Source: Minisyncoccota bacterium
GTDB lineage: Bacteria > Patescibacteriota > Minisyncoccia > Phycocordibacterales > UBA2100
Direction: 5' to 3'
Assembly (NCBI GenBank): GCA_965267345.1
Contig: OZ253947.1
Span: 398,665-462,664 of the forward strand
Length of the DNA stretch: 64,000 bases
The notes under the pieces are model-generated. The model did no database searches and was not told the DNA's origin. It worked only from the letters and a program-made list of their open reading frames with translations. This document shows, in pieces, positions 1 to 9,863 of the stretch; within the stretch, counting starts at the first letter, position 1; every line of letters starts with the position of its first letter. Made by a program: the position numbers and the translations under genes.

Positions 1-240
1 TTTGTTTCGCTCGTCTGAATTGTTCTGGCTGAAGAGGTACTGTGCCAACCCCCAGAAAAATGCAAGTACGGCAAGTGAGAGTACGAGCGGAATCAATAAG
101 CTAATAAGGCCTGCAACGGTCGCAATAACGCCGGCGAGTCCATCCCCTGCACGCGCCGCCGTTTGCGCAAACGAAACTGCCGGCAGTGCAAACGCCACTG
201 CGCTTGAAAAAAAGAGGGCTGATACGGTTTTCATGTTCAT
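1..240 (-). CDS. VirB2/TrbC-like (T4SS-pilin-like) small membrane protein, paralog 1. Partial: 3' end runs off the window start.
   Basis: Minus-strand ATG at 238-240 gives MNMKTVSALFFSSAVAFALPAVSFAQ, a signal peptide followed by a hydrophobic helix. The same architecture recurs in the three downstream paralogs. The plus-strand ORF 2..247 is rejected. Confidence 0.5.
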   Translation of the reverse strand, partial: MNMKTVSALFFSSAVAFALPAVSFAQTAARAGDGLAGVIATVAGLISLLIPLVLSLAVLAFFWGLAQYLFSQNNSDERNK

Positions 241-340
241 GTCGTAATATTAAAAGGTTTGATAACTACGTACACTCAATGGTACCTGCACCCATCGCGG
301 GTACAAGCAACTGTACGTAAAATATGTGGATAGTGCGCGC

Positions 341-676
341 CTATGTCGCGCTCAAAAGCGTCTGCTGTAAAATCGTAATAATGCCCCACACGCTTGCCAT
401 AACAAATAAAATGGCAATGCCCCACACCAGTGTCTCTTGAAGTCGCTGCTGTTTTTCCGCGTCACCCTTTTGGGATGCCCACAGGCTTCCCACCACATTC
501 CAGAAAAATATCAGCATGGCAACGCCCACGAGCAGCAATACGCCGTCGTTAATCAGATCAACAATATAGTATGCAAGGTCGGCAAACGTACGCGGCGCGG
601 CAAGCGCCACGTGCGCCGGTATCGCAAGCGCGAGTAGCCCCGTAATTACTCCGTGTGCTGTTGCGCGTGCGTACAT
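341..676 (-). CDS. VirB2/TrbC-like small membrane protein, paralog 2
   Basis: Signal peptide, then two TM helices separated by a short charged loop (SQKGDAEKQQ). The FFW motif is shared with paralog 1. Confidence 0.55.
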   Translation of the reverse strand: MYARATAHGVITGLLALAIPAHVALAAPRTFADLAYYIVDLINDGVLLLVGVAMLIFFWNVVGSLWASQKGDAEKQQRLQETLVWGIAILFVMASVWGIITILQQTLLSAT

Positions 677-683
677 ACCAGCA

Positions 684-1037
684 TTAGCCCGTCACGGCGT
701 CGAGTGTGTTATCGATGAGTTGCGCGAGTGCCCATGCACCCAGCAGCAACGCCATGCCCACAATCGTCCACATAAAGTTGCGCTTGGCCGTCGATAGTTT
801 TTCCGGATTACCCTGTGCAAATACAAAGAGGAATCCGGAATACACGATAAATACGACCGCAATCGGAAAGAGTATAAATACGGCAGCCTCAAGCATTTCT
901 TTAATGAAATCGCCGATGCTGTCGATACGCTGACCGCCAGCAGAGAGCGGATTATTCAATTGCGCTGATGCTTGTACTGGCGCTGCAAGCAGAACGGCTG
1001 CGCAGGTAAAAAAGAGGTGCGTCATATGTCGGTACAT
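684..1037 (-). CDS. VirB2/TrbC-like small membrane protein, paralog 3. Start is uncertain; the ORF extends to 1079.
   Basis: An internal Met gives an ideal signal peptide (MYRHMTHLFFTCAAVLLAAPVQASA-Q). Two TM helices are joined by a loop AQGNPEKLS, the same pattern as paralog 4 (SAQGKGEGIAEAQK). Confidence 0.55.
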   Translation of the reverse strand: MYRHMTHLFFTCAAVLLAAPVQASAQLNNPLSAGGQRIDSIGDFIKEMLEAAVFILFPIAVVFIVYSGFLFVFAQGNPEKLSTAKRNFMWTIVGMALLLGAWALAQLIDNTLDAVTG

Positions 1038-1084
1038 AGTGTGTATGGTAGCACACTGCCGCGCGTCGATGCGTGTCATGTGTA

Positions 1085-1387
1085 TTACTTACGCCACACG
1101 AGGTACGCTAGAAATCCTGCCAAGGCGATGAGTAGTACGGTGGATGAAAACCCTGCAAGCGTGGTGCCTACTAACCGAGCCAGTGCCCAGAGACCAAGCA
1201 CGCCGACGGTAATGGCAATACTGATACCAAATGTCTTTTGTGCTTCAGCGATGCCCTCGCCCTTTCCCTGTGCGCTCACAAAACGAAATCCGCTCCACAC
1301 GAGCAATACGGCAAGAAACGGTAGGCTGATGTACACAATCGCATCAATGAATGCGCTAAATATCTGAACAATCTCGTAGGTCAGCAT
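1085..1387 (-). CDS. VirB2/TrbC-like small membrane protein, paralog 4
   Basis: Three hydrophobic helices. The SGFRFVSAQGKGEG loop is homologous to SGFLFVFAQGNPEK in paralog 3. Confidence 0.55.
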   Translation of the reverse strand: MLTYEIVQIFSAFIDAIVYISLPFLAVLLVWSGFRFVSAQGKGEGIAEAQKTFGISIAITVGVLGLWALARLVGTTLAGFSSTVLLIALAGFLAYLVWRK

Positions 1388-1393
1388 AGACCT

Positions 1394-2710
1394 CTAGGGT
1401 GCGAGTAGTTGTGCCATTTCTTGATTGGCGCGTTGAATAGTGTCAGAAATGCGCAGTGCACCCGACGTCACATCACCGACCATACGTCGAAAGATTGCCT
1501 CGGTTGCGTCAGGCGCCGGATCGTACCACGCATCGGCAATGAGCGCGGCGTTGCGGAATATGAGTGCAACTGGGTCTGTTGGTTCTGTCGCAAGCACGTC
1601 GCGGCGTGGTGACGGCAACCCACGATACTGCGCAAACAGTTTAGAATTTTCCGTACCGGTCAGTACCTGTGCAGCGGTACGCGCGCCGGTGACATTCTGA
1701 CTCGTGCGCGGTACTGCAAGGGCGTACATAGTGCCGAAGGTAACCACGCGCGTGCGGTCGCCTGATTCAATTTGCGGCAGTGGCGCAACATCAAAGTTGA
1801 GATTGCCGTTGCGCGCTTGAATACGTGTGAGGTCGCTTGCCGTACCGACGTAGAGAGCAAGGCGTTCTTGAGCAAACGCATCGATTGAGTTTGGGAGCGA
1901 TCGATTCCACGAGTACACCGACTTTACGGGGTCAGCAAATTCCGTGTAGAAGCGCAGTGCACTCTGTGTCGGCGGCAACCCTGAGCTCGTCTGTCCGACC
2001 GACGTTAAATCGGCAACGAGAGCACCGTCGGCAGTCGTGCCAACAATGGCGCCGCCCGCCTGCAAAATCAGTGTTGCGATGATGTCTTTTGCGTGCGTGA
2101 CATTTCCGTACTCACCAAAGGCAATGGTCGCACGGGTCACGGTATTTGCTTTGTCGCGCTCGGTTATGCGCTCGGCCATCCCAAACAGCTCCCCCCAGTA
2201 CTGCGGCGGTCGTGTGTATCCTGTTTGCGCAAACAGATCACGATTCCAGTAGAGCACCAGCGGGTCAACCGACCACGGCAGTGCATCAATGCCGTCGCCG
2301 GCAATAAACATATCAGCCTCGTTGATAAACGCATCGCGGAAGGCGCGCTCTCCGACAACATCAAACGGGAACGGAATAATCTTGTTTTTATGTTCCGTGA
2401 CATGTGCCTGATCGATAATAAACAAATCAGGGCCCGTGCCATTGGCGAGTGCCTCGGTGATCTCGTCGTAGTAGGTTGCGGGATCTTTCTCTTCATACGA
2501 AACACCGCTTAAGCGCTCATCGTCATTTCGGAGCACACCAAGGTAGCTTTCCACCGTTGCCTCATCAAACGTACCCCAGATGACCACCGTACCAACTTGT
2601 TGCCCACCGCCACCGGCGCTCATCGTCGCGAAAATAAGCACACCGGCAATGATAAAACCGATGAATACAAAAAAGACCACTGTTTGAAAAATGCTTCGCT
2701 TCTCTTTCAT
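1394..2710 (-). CDS. Extracellular solute-binding protein (ABC transporter SBP family 1-like), N-terminally membrane-anchored
   Basis: N-terminal TM, then VVIWGTFDEATVESYL...TGPDLFIIDQAHV, typical of a MalE-type periplasmic binding fold. 438 aa. Confidence 0.5.
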   Translation of the reverse strand: MKEKRSIFQTVVFFVFIGFIIAGVLIFATMSAGGGGQQVGTVVIWGTFDEATVESYLGVLRNDDERLSGVSYEEKDPATYYDEITEALANGTGPDLFIIDQAHVTEHKNKIIPFPFDVVGERAFRDAFINEADMFIAGDGIDALPWSVDPLVLYWNRDLFAQTGYTRPPQYWGELFGMAERITERDKANTVTRATIAFGEYGNVTHAKDIIATLILQAGGAIVGTTADGALVADLTSVGQTSSGLPPTQSALRFYTEFADPVKSVYSWNRSLPNSIDAFAQERLALYVGTASDLTRIQARNGNLNFDVAPLPQIESGDRTRVVTFGTMYALAVPRTSQNVTGARTAAQVLTGTENSKLFAQYRGLPSPRRDVLATEPTDPVALIFRNAALIADAWYDPAPDATEAIFRRMVGDVTSGALRISDTIQRANQEMAQLLAP

Positions 2711-2721
2711 GATTTACCCTA

Positions 2722-3558
2722 TCATACCAGCTCTTGCGCAATTGTGCGTTTGATAAAGTCGGTGTCATCGGCTGTCGGAGCCTGTGCGGCACGTGCCGCT
2801 GCGTCGCTCCCTGCAGCCGATTTGGTGCACACAATGCCGTAGTGGTACTCGCCTGCCGGAAAGTCGCGCTTGAGGACAAATCCGTTATCGGTACACAGCA
2901 GCACTGCTTCGGGACGTCGCACGACAACCTCCTTCGGCGGTCCCACGCCCCCGAATGAATCGCTCCAATCAATGAGTACTAGTGTGCCTGATGGCTTCAG
3001 TGTTCGATAGGCTTCTTTAATGACGGCAATGCGATCTTCAACCTGAAAAAGTGTGTTGGAAATAATGACGACGTCGAGTGTTTCGTCGGCGATTTTTGTT
3101 CCCTCAGATGCTTCGATATTGCCCCATACCACTTCGACATTTTCAAAGCCGCCCTTCACCATTTCATTTTGAATACGGGTGAGGAGCGTCTGCTGCACCT
3201 CGACGGCATACACGCGCCCAGTAGTACCGACGATACGCGCCAGTGGTGCAATGTACTCGCCCGAGCCTGCACCAAAATCAGCAACGTGCATGCCTTCGCG
3301 CACGTGGAGTTGTCGCGCAACCTGCTGTGGCTTCACAAATGTACCCTCCGAGGAGACAGCCTGCTGCATTTGCATTTCATTCGCACTCTTCACCCGCGCA
3401 AATTTTTGTGTTGCCATCCGTGTATCGCCGTCGAGTGTTGGTCCTTTGGGCGTCGCATCCTGCTGGGTACCACCAACGCGAATATCAACGTCGGTCCCCC
3501 CGACGCGAATACGCGTCTGTGCACCGTATGCTGCGTGCGAACGATCCATACCCTCCAA
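2722..3558 (-). CDS. Class I SAM-dependent methyltransferase
   Basis: Motif I VADFGAGSGEY and motif II-like VVIISNTLFQV. The N-terminus has RIRVGGTDVDIRVGGT repeats. Confidence 0.7.
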   Translation of the reverse strand: MEGMDRSHAAYGAQTRIRVGGTDVDIRVGGTQQDATPKGPTLDGDTRMATQKFARVKSANEMQMQQAVSSEGTFVKPQQVARQLHVREGMHVADFGAGSGEYIAPLARIVGTTGRVYAVEVQQTLLTRIQNEMVKGGFENVEVVWGNIEASEGTKIADETLDVVIISNTLFQVEDRIAVIKEAYRTLKPSGTLVLIDWSDSFGGVGPPKEVVVRRPEAVLLCTDNGFVLKRDFPAGEYHYGIVCTKSAAGSDAAARAAQAPTADDTDFIKRTIAQELV

Positions 3559-3618
3559 GTATAGCGCACTCCCCGCCTGTCACGCGCGTACATACATCCA
3601 CACCCAAAACGGTGCGCA

Positions 3619-6120
3619 CTACGCCTTATCTTCCTTTGTGAGTGTCACGATTGAGGCAATAGCATCGCCGGAACGGAGCTTCATAATGCGTACGCCCTGC
3701 GTCTGTCGCCCTTGTAGCTTCAAGTCATCAATCGTTGTTCTGATGACCTGCCCGCGCTTCGAGACCGCAACGAGCTCGCCGGTGTCTGCATCGATGACGC
3801 GTGCGCCAATAAGTTCTTTTGTCTTTGGGGTGATATCAACGGTCTTGATGCCCGATCCTGCACGCTTTTGGACCTTATACTCCTTCATAGCGGTCTTCTT
3901 TCCGTACCCGGTTGCCGATACGACGAGCAGTGCGGCATCTTTCGCTCCCTTTTCCACCACACCGGCACCAATGACGGTGTCATCTTTGCCGAGCTTGATA
4001 CCGCGCACACCTGCAGCGGTGCGTCCCATCTCACGTGTATCGGCTTCAGTGAATCGAACCGCCTGACCGTTTTTGGTGATCAAAACGATGTCGTCACCCT
4101 TGGCAACAAAATGTGCTGAAATGAGTCGGTCACCGCCGGTGAGCTTGATAGCAATAAGGCCACTACGACGCACATCAAAGAATTGCGGTGCCGCTGTTTT
4201 CTTCACCGTTCCCTCGCGCGTCACCATTAACAGTGAGAGCTCTTCTGCATCTTTGATATCTTTCGGCATTGGTAGCACTGACGTCACTTGCTCGTCCTGC
4301 TCAAGCTGCAGGAAATTCATAATTGATTTTCCTTTTGTTGAACGCTTGCCTTCAGGAATTTCATACATCTTCGTCTGGTAGACCTTTCCTTTATCGGTAA
4401 AGAACAGTAGATCAGAGTGTGCGCTTGCGGTGAGGAATGTGGTAACTACATCTTCCTCTTTGGTATTCATATCAATGACCCCAACACCACCACGTCGCTG
4501 CGTACGATACTCGCTCGGATTCGTGCGCTTAATGTAGCCGCCGCGGGTCAGCACGAGTGCAAATGCGTCATCAGGGATGAGGTCTTCCATGGAGAAGTTC
4601 TTGGTGCCGCGCTTCATGATTTTCGTGCGGCGATCGTCACCGTACTTCTCTGCCGCCTCTTTCAGCTCTTTCTTAATTTGATTCATCAGCTTCGTCTTAC
4701 TCTTGAGAATACTCTCGAGCTCAGCGATGAGTGTTTGGAGCTCTTTCAGCTCGTCTTCAATTTTTTGTCGCTCAAGGTTCGCCAGCTTCTGCAGGCGCAT
4801 TTCGAGAATTGCCGTGGCCTGCACGTCAGAGAATTTAAAGGTCTTCATGAGTCCGGCGTGTGCTGTCGGCACGTCCTTACTCTTCTTAATGAGCGCGATC
4901 ACCTTGTCGATATTGGCGAGTGCTTTTTTCAGACCCAGCAAGATGTGCTCACGTGCACGTGCTTTGTCGAGATCAAACTGAGTGCGGCGCGTTACCACCT
5001 CAGTGCGGTGTGCAACGTACGACTCAAGCATCGACTTAAGCGGGAGTGTTTTTGGCACACCGTCAATGAGTGCCACCATGTTGTAGTGGAATGTTTCCTC
5101 AAGTTGGGTGTGCTTGTAAAGGTAATTCAGCACCGACTGCGGGTGTGCTGTTCCCTTCAGATCAATCACCACACGAATATCGGTGGTTGATTCGTCACGA
5201 AGCCCTTTAATACCTTCGAGCTTCTTCTGCTGTACCAGGTCGGCAATTTTTGAAATGAGTGTTGCTTTGTTAACGCGGTATGGAATTGACGTAATGACAA
5301 TCTGGAACGTACCTTTTGCTCCTTCGACGATCTCTGCCTCACCACGCACCACCACACCACCGCGCCCGGTTGCGTATGCATGTGCAATGTCTTTCTGATT
5401 AAAGGCAACACATCCTGTTGGGAAATCAGGTCCCTGAATGTATTTGAGTAGATCCTCAGTCGTGCTCGATGGCGTATCAATCAGGTGCATGATGGCATCG
5501 GTCACCTCGCGCAGGTTGTGTGGCGGTATATTTGTTGCCATACCCACAGCAATACCCAGTGTGCCGTTGAGCAAGAGGTTCGGGAGTGCCGCCGGCAACA
5601 CGGTTGGTTCTTTGTGTGTGTTATCAAAGTTTGGGCGGAAGGTAACGGTATCTTTACCGATATCGCGCAGTAGCTCGACGGCAATGGCCGACATTTTCGC
5701 CTCTGTGTAACGGTACGCAGCTGCCGGGTCGCCATCGATGGAACCAAAGTTACCCTGTCCGATAATGAGCGGATAGCGCATCGAAAAATCCTGCGCGAGG
5801 TTGACCATCGAATCGTAGACGGCAGAGTCGCCGTGCGGGTGGTACTTACCGATTACGTCACCGACAACCGTTGCCGACTTGCGTGTCTTGGCATTCGGCG
5901 TCAGACCCGAGTTGTGCATGGCAAAGAGAATGCGACGATGCACCGGCTTCAGTCCGTCACGCACATCAGGAAGCGCACGTGAGGTAATGACACTCATCGC
6001 GTAGTTCAGATACGCTTCGCGCATCTCGCCACTAATGCCTTGGTTGATGACTCCTGCGCGAGTTACCGGCTGTACGTCATCCTTTTTTTTATCGTCATCT
6101 TTTTTCTTTCGTGCTGCCAT
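3619..6120 (-). CDS. gyrA: DNA gyrase subunit A
   Basis: 833 aa. The N-terminus reads ...[28 protein letters not shown], with the active-site Tyr region and a C-terminal beta-pinwheel repeat region. Confidence 0.93.
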   Translation of the reverse strand: MAARKKKDDDKKKDDVQPVTRAGVINQGISGEMREAYLNYAMSVITSRALPDVRDGLKPVHRRILFAMHNSGLTPNAKTRKSATVVGDVIGKYHPHGDSAVYDSMVNLAQDFSMRYPLIIGQGNFGSIDGDPAAAYRYTEAKMSAIAVELLRDIGKDTVTFRPNFDNTHKEPTVLPAALPNLLLNGTLGIAVGMATNIPPHNLREVTDAIMHLIDTPSSTTEDLLKYIQGPDFPTGCVAFNQKDIAHAYATGRGGVVVRGEAEIVEGAKGTFQIVITSIPYRVNKATLISKIADLVQQKKLEGIKGLRDESTTDIRVVIDLKGTAHPQSVLNYLYKHTQLEETFHYNMVALIDGVPKTLPLKSMLESYVAHRTEVVTRRTQFDLDKARAREHILLGLKKALANIDKVIALIKKSKDVPTAHAGLMKTFKFSDVQATAILEMRLQKLANLERQKIEDELKELQTLIAELESILKSKTKLMNQIKKELKEAAEKYGDDRRTKIMKRGTKNFSMEDLIPDDAFALVLTRGGYIKRTNPSEYRTQRRGGVGVIDMNTKEEDVVTTFLTASAHSDLLFFTDKGKVYQTKMYEIPEGKRSTKGKSIMNFLQLEQDEQVTSVLPMPKDIKDAEELSLLMVTREGTVKKTAAPQFFDVRRSGLIAIKLTGGDRLISAHFVAKGDDIVLITKNGQAVRFTEADTREMGRTAAGVRGIKLGKDDTVIGAGVVEKGAKDAALLVVSATGYGKKTAMKEYKVQKRAGSGIKTVDITPKTKELIGARVIDADTGELVAVSKRGQVIRTTIDDLKLQGRQTQGVRIMKLRSGDAIASIVTLTKEDKA

Positions 6121-6122
6121 AC

Positions 6123-6491
6123 CTACTCGTCGTTTTCTTCGTTGGTAATTATAACGTTCTCCACTGATACGTCACCGTCGCCTTCGGTGCTGATGCGTAC
6201 CGCACGTTTTTGCGCAGCGGTCGCCGTTGCCGACTGTAATTCGCTAAACTGCGTGCGCAGCTCACCCGTCTGCCGCTTCAGTTCTTCAGCAGCCTCGCCG
6301 AGTGACTCAAGTGCGCTTGCTTGCTGTGACTGTACTGTCGGCTGCGGTGCTGCAGTGCCCGATGATGAGAGTACCACAATGCCCCATACGACGAGAAGTA
6401 CTACGCCAACCACAACAGCAACACTCAGTGCGAATGAAAATCGCTCTGCTTCCGGTCGCTGTCGCAATTCGTCAAAAAAACGCATACGCAA
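6123..6491 (-). CDS. Small membrane-anchored coiled-coil protein, co-transcribed upstream of gyrA
   Basis: N-terminal TM ([18 protein letters not shown]) then a coiled-coil. Stop is 2 nt before the gyrA start. The start codon may be TTG at 6491 or ATG at 6485. Confidence 0.5.
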   Translation of the reverse strand: MRMRFFDELRQRPEAERFSFALSVAVVVGVVLLVVWGIVVLSSSGTAAPQPTVQSQQASALESLGEAAEELKRQTGELRTQFSELQSATATAAQKRAVRISTEGDGDVSVENVIITNEENDE

Positions 6492-6495
6492 TGTC

Positions 6496-7128
6496 TTACG
6501 AGGCGATCAGGACGACGTTACTTGACGCCGCTTCGACATCTTTTCGCTTCACCGTCAGCTTATCAACCGGCTTCAACCCTTCGGCGCCCGCCTCCTTAAG
6601 GAACGTCGTGAGTGCTCCTTTCTCGCCCAGGGCGTCGTAGTGTATCGGAATAATAATCTTAGCTTCCAGCGATACAGCGAGTTCGTGTGCCGCATCCGGC
6701 GCCAACACGCCGTCACCGCCAATTGGCACAAAGAGCACATCGACGCTCTCCATGTCCTCAACCACTGACGCAATACCTTTTTTATCGGACAGCGCACCGA
6801 GGAAGAGTACGTTGATGTCTTCAATGCGAACTGAGTAGATGGTGTTAATCGTCGCCTCAGGAGCATATGCAGATTCGGACGGCACGCCTTTCACGAACAC
6901 ATTCTGTACCTCATACTCACCGGGACCGGTAATGGCGAAGGTTTCTGCGCCGCGCGTAGCCACTTCGGCAACACCATTAAAGTCGGGATGGTTCAGTGAG
7001 ACAAAGGCAATGTCAGCGCTAAAGCGTACCGGCGTGAGCTTTGATTTTTTCGAAATAGGATTGAATACGAGTGTCGTCCCGCCTGAGACGATTTTGATGC
7101 ACTCTCCTGTGTGATGGGTGATGATCAT
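6496..7128 (-). CDS. MBL-fold metal-dependent hydrolase (Lactamase_B_3-like)
   Basis: MIITHHTGECIKIVSGGTTLVFNPI at the N-terminus matches the beta-lactamase-fold UlaG/YtkL-like family. Confidence 0.55.
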   Translation of the reverse strand: MIITHHTGECIKIVSGGTTLVFNPISKKSKLTPVRFSADIAFVSLNHPDFNGVAEVATRGAETFAITGPGEYEVQNVFVKGVPSESAYAPEATINTIYSVRIEDINVLFLGALSDKKGIASVVEDMESVDVLFVPIGGDGVLAPDAAHELAVSLEAKIIIPIHYDALGEKGALTTFLKEAGAEGLKPVDKLTVKRKDVEAASSNVVLIAS

Positions 7129-7329
7129 ATGGCTTCAAAATGCGCGCAGGGTACGCACGCTAACGGGAGCAGTATAGCACGATTTTATTGCGTTTTAATG
7201 CAATTCCATTATAGTAGATACGCCCACGCTGGTGGGTTTTTATTAATCACACCGTACTCGTAACCCTGCGGCACACGACCCGCGGACGCACACAGGTGCA
7301 CAGACCGAGTACGCGTATGTTCAACATTT

Positions 7330-8478
7330 ATGAGTACAACACACGAAGAGGAGGTTGCTTCAGCTGGAAGCAAAAAAGACAGCCTCATGACGGCACTGAT
7401 GAACGATGTGCCGAGTGCACCCGTTGTCGGTGACGTGGTTGAAGGACCGGTTATCGATATCGACCGTGGACGCATCTATATTGATTTGCATCCGTTTGGT
7501 ACGGGTATTATTTACGGCCGTGAGTATCTCTCGGCACGTGACATTCTTAAGAACGTAAACCCTGGCGACACCATCGCCGCAAAGGTTGTTGACGTTGAAA
7601 ATGAGGACGGCTACATCGAAGTATCACTTCGCGAGGCGCGTCAGGCGCTCGTATGGGGCGAAGCTGAAGCCGCACTCAAGAACAAGACATCGCTGGAGCT
7701 TCCGGTGAAGGATGCTAACAAGGGTGGCCTTATTATTGAGTGGCAGGGCATTCAGGGATTCCTCCCTGCGTCGCAGCTTGCTGCCGAGCACTACCCGCGT
7801 GTTCCTGACGGTGACAAGGACAAAATCTACGCTGAGCTGATGCAGCTCGTCGGCGAAAAACTCTCGCTGCAAATCATTACGGCTGACGCAAAAGAGCAGA
7901 AGCTCATCTTTACCGAGAAAGGTGCTGAGGATGAAGACAAGGCAGAGCGTGTCGACAAGAAGTACCACGTTGGCGATGTGTACGAAGGTGAAGTAACCGG
8001 CGCAACTGAGTTTGGCGTCTTCGTCAAACTGGAAGACGGCCTCGAAGGCCTCGTGCACATTTCCGAAATGGACTGGGCACTCGTTGAGGATCCAAAAGCA
8101 CGCTACAAAGTGGGCGAGCATGTCCGCGTGAAAGTCATTGATGTGAAAGACGGCAAAGTCTCACTGTCGATTAAGGCGCTCATTGAAGACCCGTGGAAGG
8201 CAGCGTCTGAAACGTACAAAAAAGGTGACACGGTTGACGCTGTGGTCATCAAGTACAACAAGCACGGTGCACTGGCATCAATTGAAGAAGGCGTCGCAGG
8301 ACTCGTGCACGTGTCTGAGTTCGGCTCAAGTGATGCACTTCGCGAAACACTCAACCTTGGTGGTTCATACACCTTTGTCATCACGCTCTTTGAGCCTGAT
8401 GACCACAAAATGACGCTCTCATATACAGAAGCACACGGCGGTACACCGGCTGCTGATAAAAAAGAAGCTGACGCGTAA
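7330..8478 (+). CDS. rpsA: 30S ribosomal protein S1-like, with four S1 RNA-binding domains
   Basis: Repeated S1 OB-fold motifs (GDVVEGPV..., GDVYEGEVTG..FGVFV, GEHVRVKVIDV, GDTVDAVVIKY...GLVHVSE). The start could be 7387. Confidence 0.75.
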   Translation: MSTTHEEEVASAGSKKDSLMTALMNDVPSAPVVGDVVEGPVIDIDRGRIYIDLHPFGTGIIYGREYLSARDILKNVNPGDTIAAKVVDVENEDGYIEVSLREARQALVWGEAEAALKNKTSLELPVKDANKGGLIIEWQGIQGFLPASQLAAEHYPRVPDGDKDKIYAELMQLVGEKLSLQIITADAKEQKLIFTEKGAEDEDKAERVDKKYHVGDVYEGEVTGATEFGVFVKLEDGLEGLVHISEMDWALVEDPKARYKVGEHVRVKVIDVKDGKVSLSIKALIEDPWKAASETYKKGDTVDAVVIKYNKHGALASIEEGVAGLVHVSEFGSSDALRETLNLGGSYTFVITLFEPDDHKMTLSYTEAHGGTPAADKKEADA

Positions 8479-8497
8479 GTGCGCAGCGCCGCACGCT

Positions 8498-8532
8498 ACA
8501 ACATCGCCTGTCGTTACGACAGGCGATGTTGT
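8498..8532. terminator. Bidirectional stem-loop terminator between convergent rpsA and pth
   Basis: Perfect hairpin acaacatcgcctgtcg ttac gacaggcgatgttgt. Confidence 0.6.
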
Positions 8533-8533
8533 A

Positions 8534-9124
8534 TTAGTTAAAGGTATTCATCGCACGCTCGTGCCCGTGCGCGATAACAGCGTCGAGTGCGCGATGCGCT
8601 GCCTCAATACTCTCGCTGACAACACGTGCTTCCTTTGTCGTAAAATCGCCGAGGACGAAATCGTTGACCGCACGCTCCCCTGCGGGTTTTTTGAGGCGCC
8701 CAAACAGTGACGTTTTGCAAATACCAATGCGTACCCGTACAAAGGCTTTCGTTCCCACGCACTCAATAATTGACGCAACACCCCGATGACCGCCCGTCCC
8801 GCGTCCAAATGAAATGCGAGTCGTACCCAGTGGCAGATCGATGTCGTCATATACGACGATAAGTTGTGCTGCATCGCGTGGGTGTGTCACGTAGGCTGCG
8901 ACGGCGTCACCCGATTTGTTCATATACGTCTCAGGCAACACACAAATGGCCGCCTCTTTCTTGAGCGCCACCTCAGTCACGTACGCATTGGTGTTGCCAT
9001 CGCGTACAAACGGCGGCGCATCGTGTGCAGCTGCGTATTCGCGCACCACGCGTCGGCCGACATTGTGTCGTGTACCATCGTAGGCTTCACCAGGGTTTCC
9101 GAGGCCAACAACTGTCCACTGCAT
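8534..9124 (-). CDS. pth: Peptidyl-tRNA hydrolase
   Basis: MQWTVVGLGNPGEAYDGTRHNVG, the Pth family N-terminal signature. Confidence 0.9.
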   Translation of the reverse strand: MQWTVVGLGNPGEAYDGTRHNVGRRVVREYAAAHDAPPFVRDGNTNAYVTEVALKKEAAICVLPETYMNKSGDAVAAYVTHPRDAAQLIVVYDDIDLPLGTTRISFGRGTGGHRGVASIIECVGTKAFVRVRIGICKTSLFGRLKKPAGERAVNDFVLGDFTTKEARVVSESIEAAHRALDAVIAHGHERAMNTFN

Positions 9125-9179
9125 ATAGGCGAAGCATAGCAGGCAACATCCAAAAAGAGAAACTGTTATGTGTCAACAC

Positions 9180-9202
9180 GCGCGCGGTAGTACAATGGCG
9201 CC
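9180..9202 (+). promoter_or_regulatory. -10-like TACAAT 6 nt upstream of the lepB ATG (candidate leaderless promoter)
   Basis: ggtagTACAATggcgccATG. No Shine-Dalgarno sequence is present. Confidence 0.3.
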
Positions 9203-9862
9203 ATGCAGAACGGTTCACACCTCGACACACACGAGCGTGACGAACGTCGTGATGTTTCTCCAGTGGAAAGTGAGCAGCACGCGAATCAATCGAACTCCAT
9301 CCGTGGCATCCTTTTGTTTGCACTGATCATTCTGGTCATTGTGTTGCCGATTCGCCTGTTTGTCGCCAAGCCGTTTATCGTCAGTGGCACGTCAATGTAT
9401 CCAACCTTTGATACCTGGCACTACCTCATCATCGACCAATTAACGTATCGTTTCGACGAACCGCAACGTGGTGATGTCGTCGTGTTTCGCTTTCCGCAAA
9501 ACCCATCGCGCTTCTTTATTAAGCGCATCATCGCCCTCCCCGAAGAAACGATAACCCTCAACGGCAACGAAGTACGCATTAGCAACGAAGCACACCCAGA
9601 AGGGTTTATACTCGATGAGCCCTACCTCTCACCCGACTACCTTAAGGGCTCACAACTCACCACAACGCTTGGCGACGATGAGTACTTCGTTATGGGCGAC
9701 AACCGTAAAGCAAGTGCCGACTCGCGCTACTGGGGACCGCTTGAACTCGACCGCATTGTTGGCCGTGCATACGTACGCCTCTTCCCATTCACCACTATTG
9801 ATATTCTGCCCGGCTCCACGATGTATGCGGAGCCACTTAGTAGTACTAACGACGCATCATAG
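9203..9862 (+). CDS. lepB: Signal peptidase I
   Basis: GTSMYPTF (the catalytic Ser box), GDVVVFR and GDNRKASADSRYWGPL boxes. Confidence 0.9.
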   Translation: MQNGSHLDTHERDERRDVSPVESEQHANQSNSIRGILLFALIILVIVLPIRLFVAKPFIVSGTSMYPTFDTWHYLIIDQLTYRFDEPQRGDVVVFRFPQNPSRFFIKRIIALPEETITLNGNEVRISNEAHPEGFILDEPYLSPDYLKGSQLTTTLGDDEYFVMGDNRKASADSRYWGPLELDRIVGRAYVRLFPFTTIDILPGSTMYAEPLSSTNDAS

Positions 9863-9863
9863 T

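Noticed and set aside
2-247. Plus-strand ORF of 81 aa at the window start
   Set aside because: The opposite strand encodes a signal-peptide/TM mini-pilin paralog (MNMKTVSALFF...) homologous to the three genes downstream. The plus ORF is its antisense shadow.
3179-5190. Long antisense ORFs inside gyrA (3179-4066 +, 4417-5190 +)
   Set aside because: They lie entirely within the strongly supported gyrA reading frame on the other strand. They are typical high-GC shadow ORFs.
9615-9863. Upstream extension of the HisRS-like ORF overlapping lepB
   Set aside because: An ATG 1 nt after the lepB stop (9864) begins the conserved region. The extension is out of character and overlaps lepB coding sequence.
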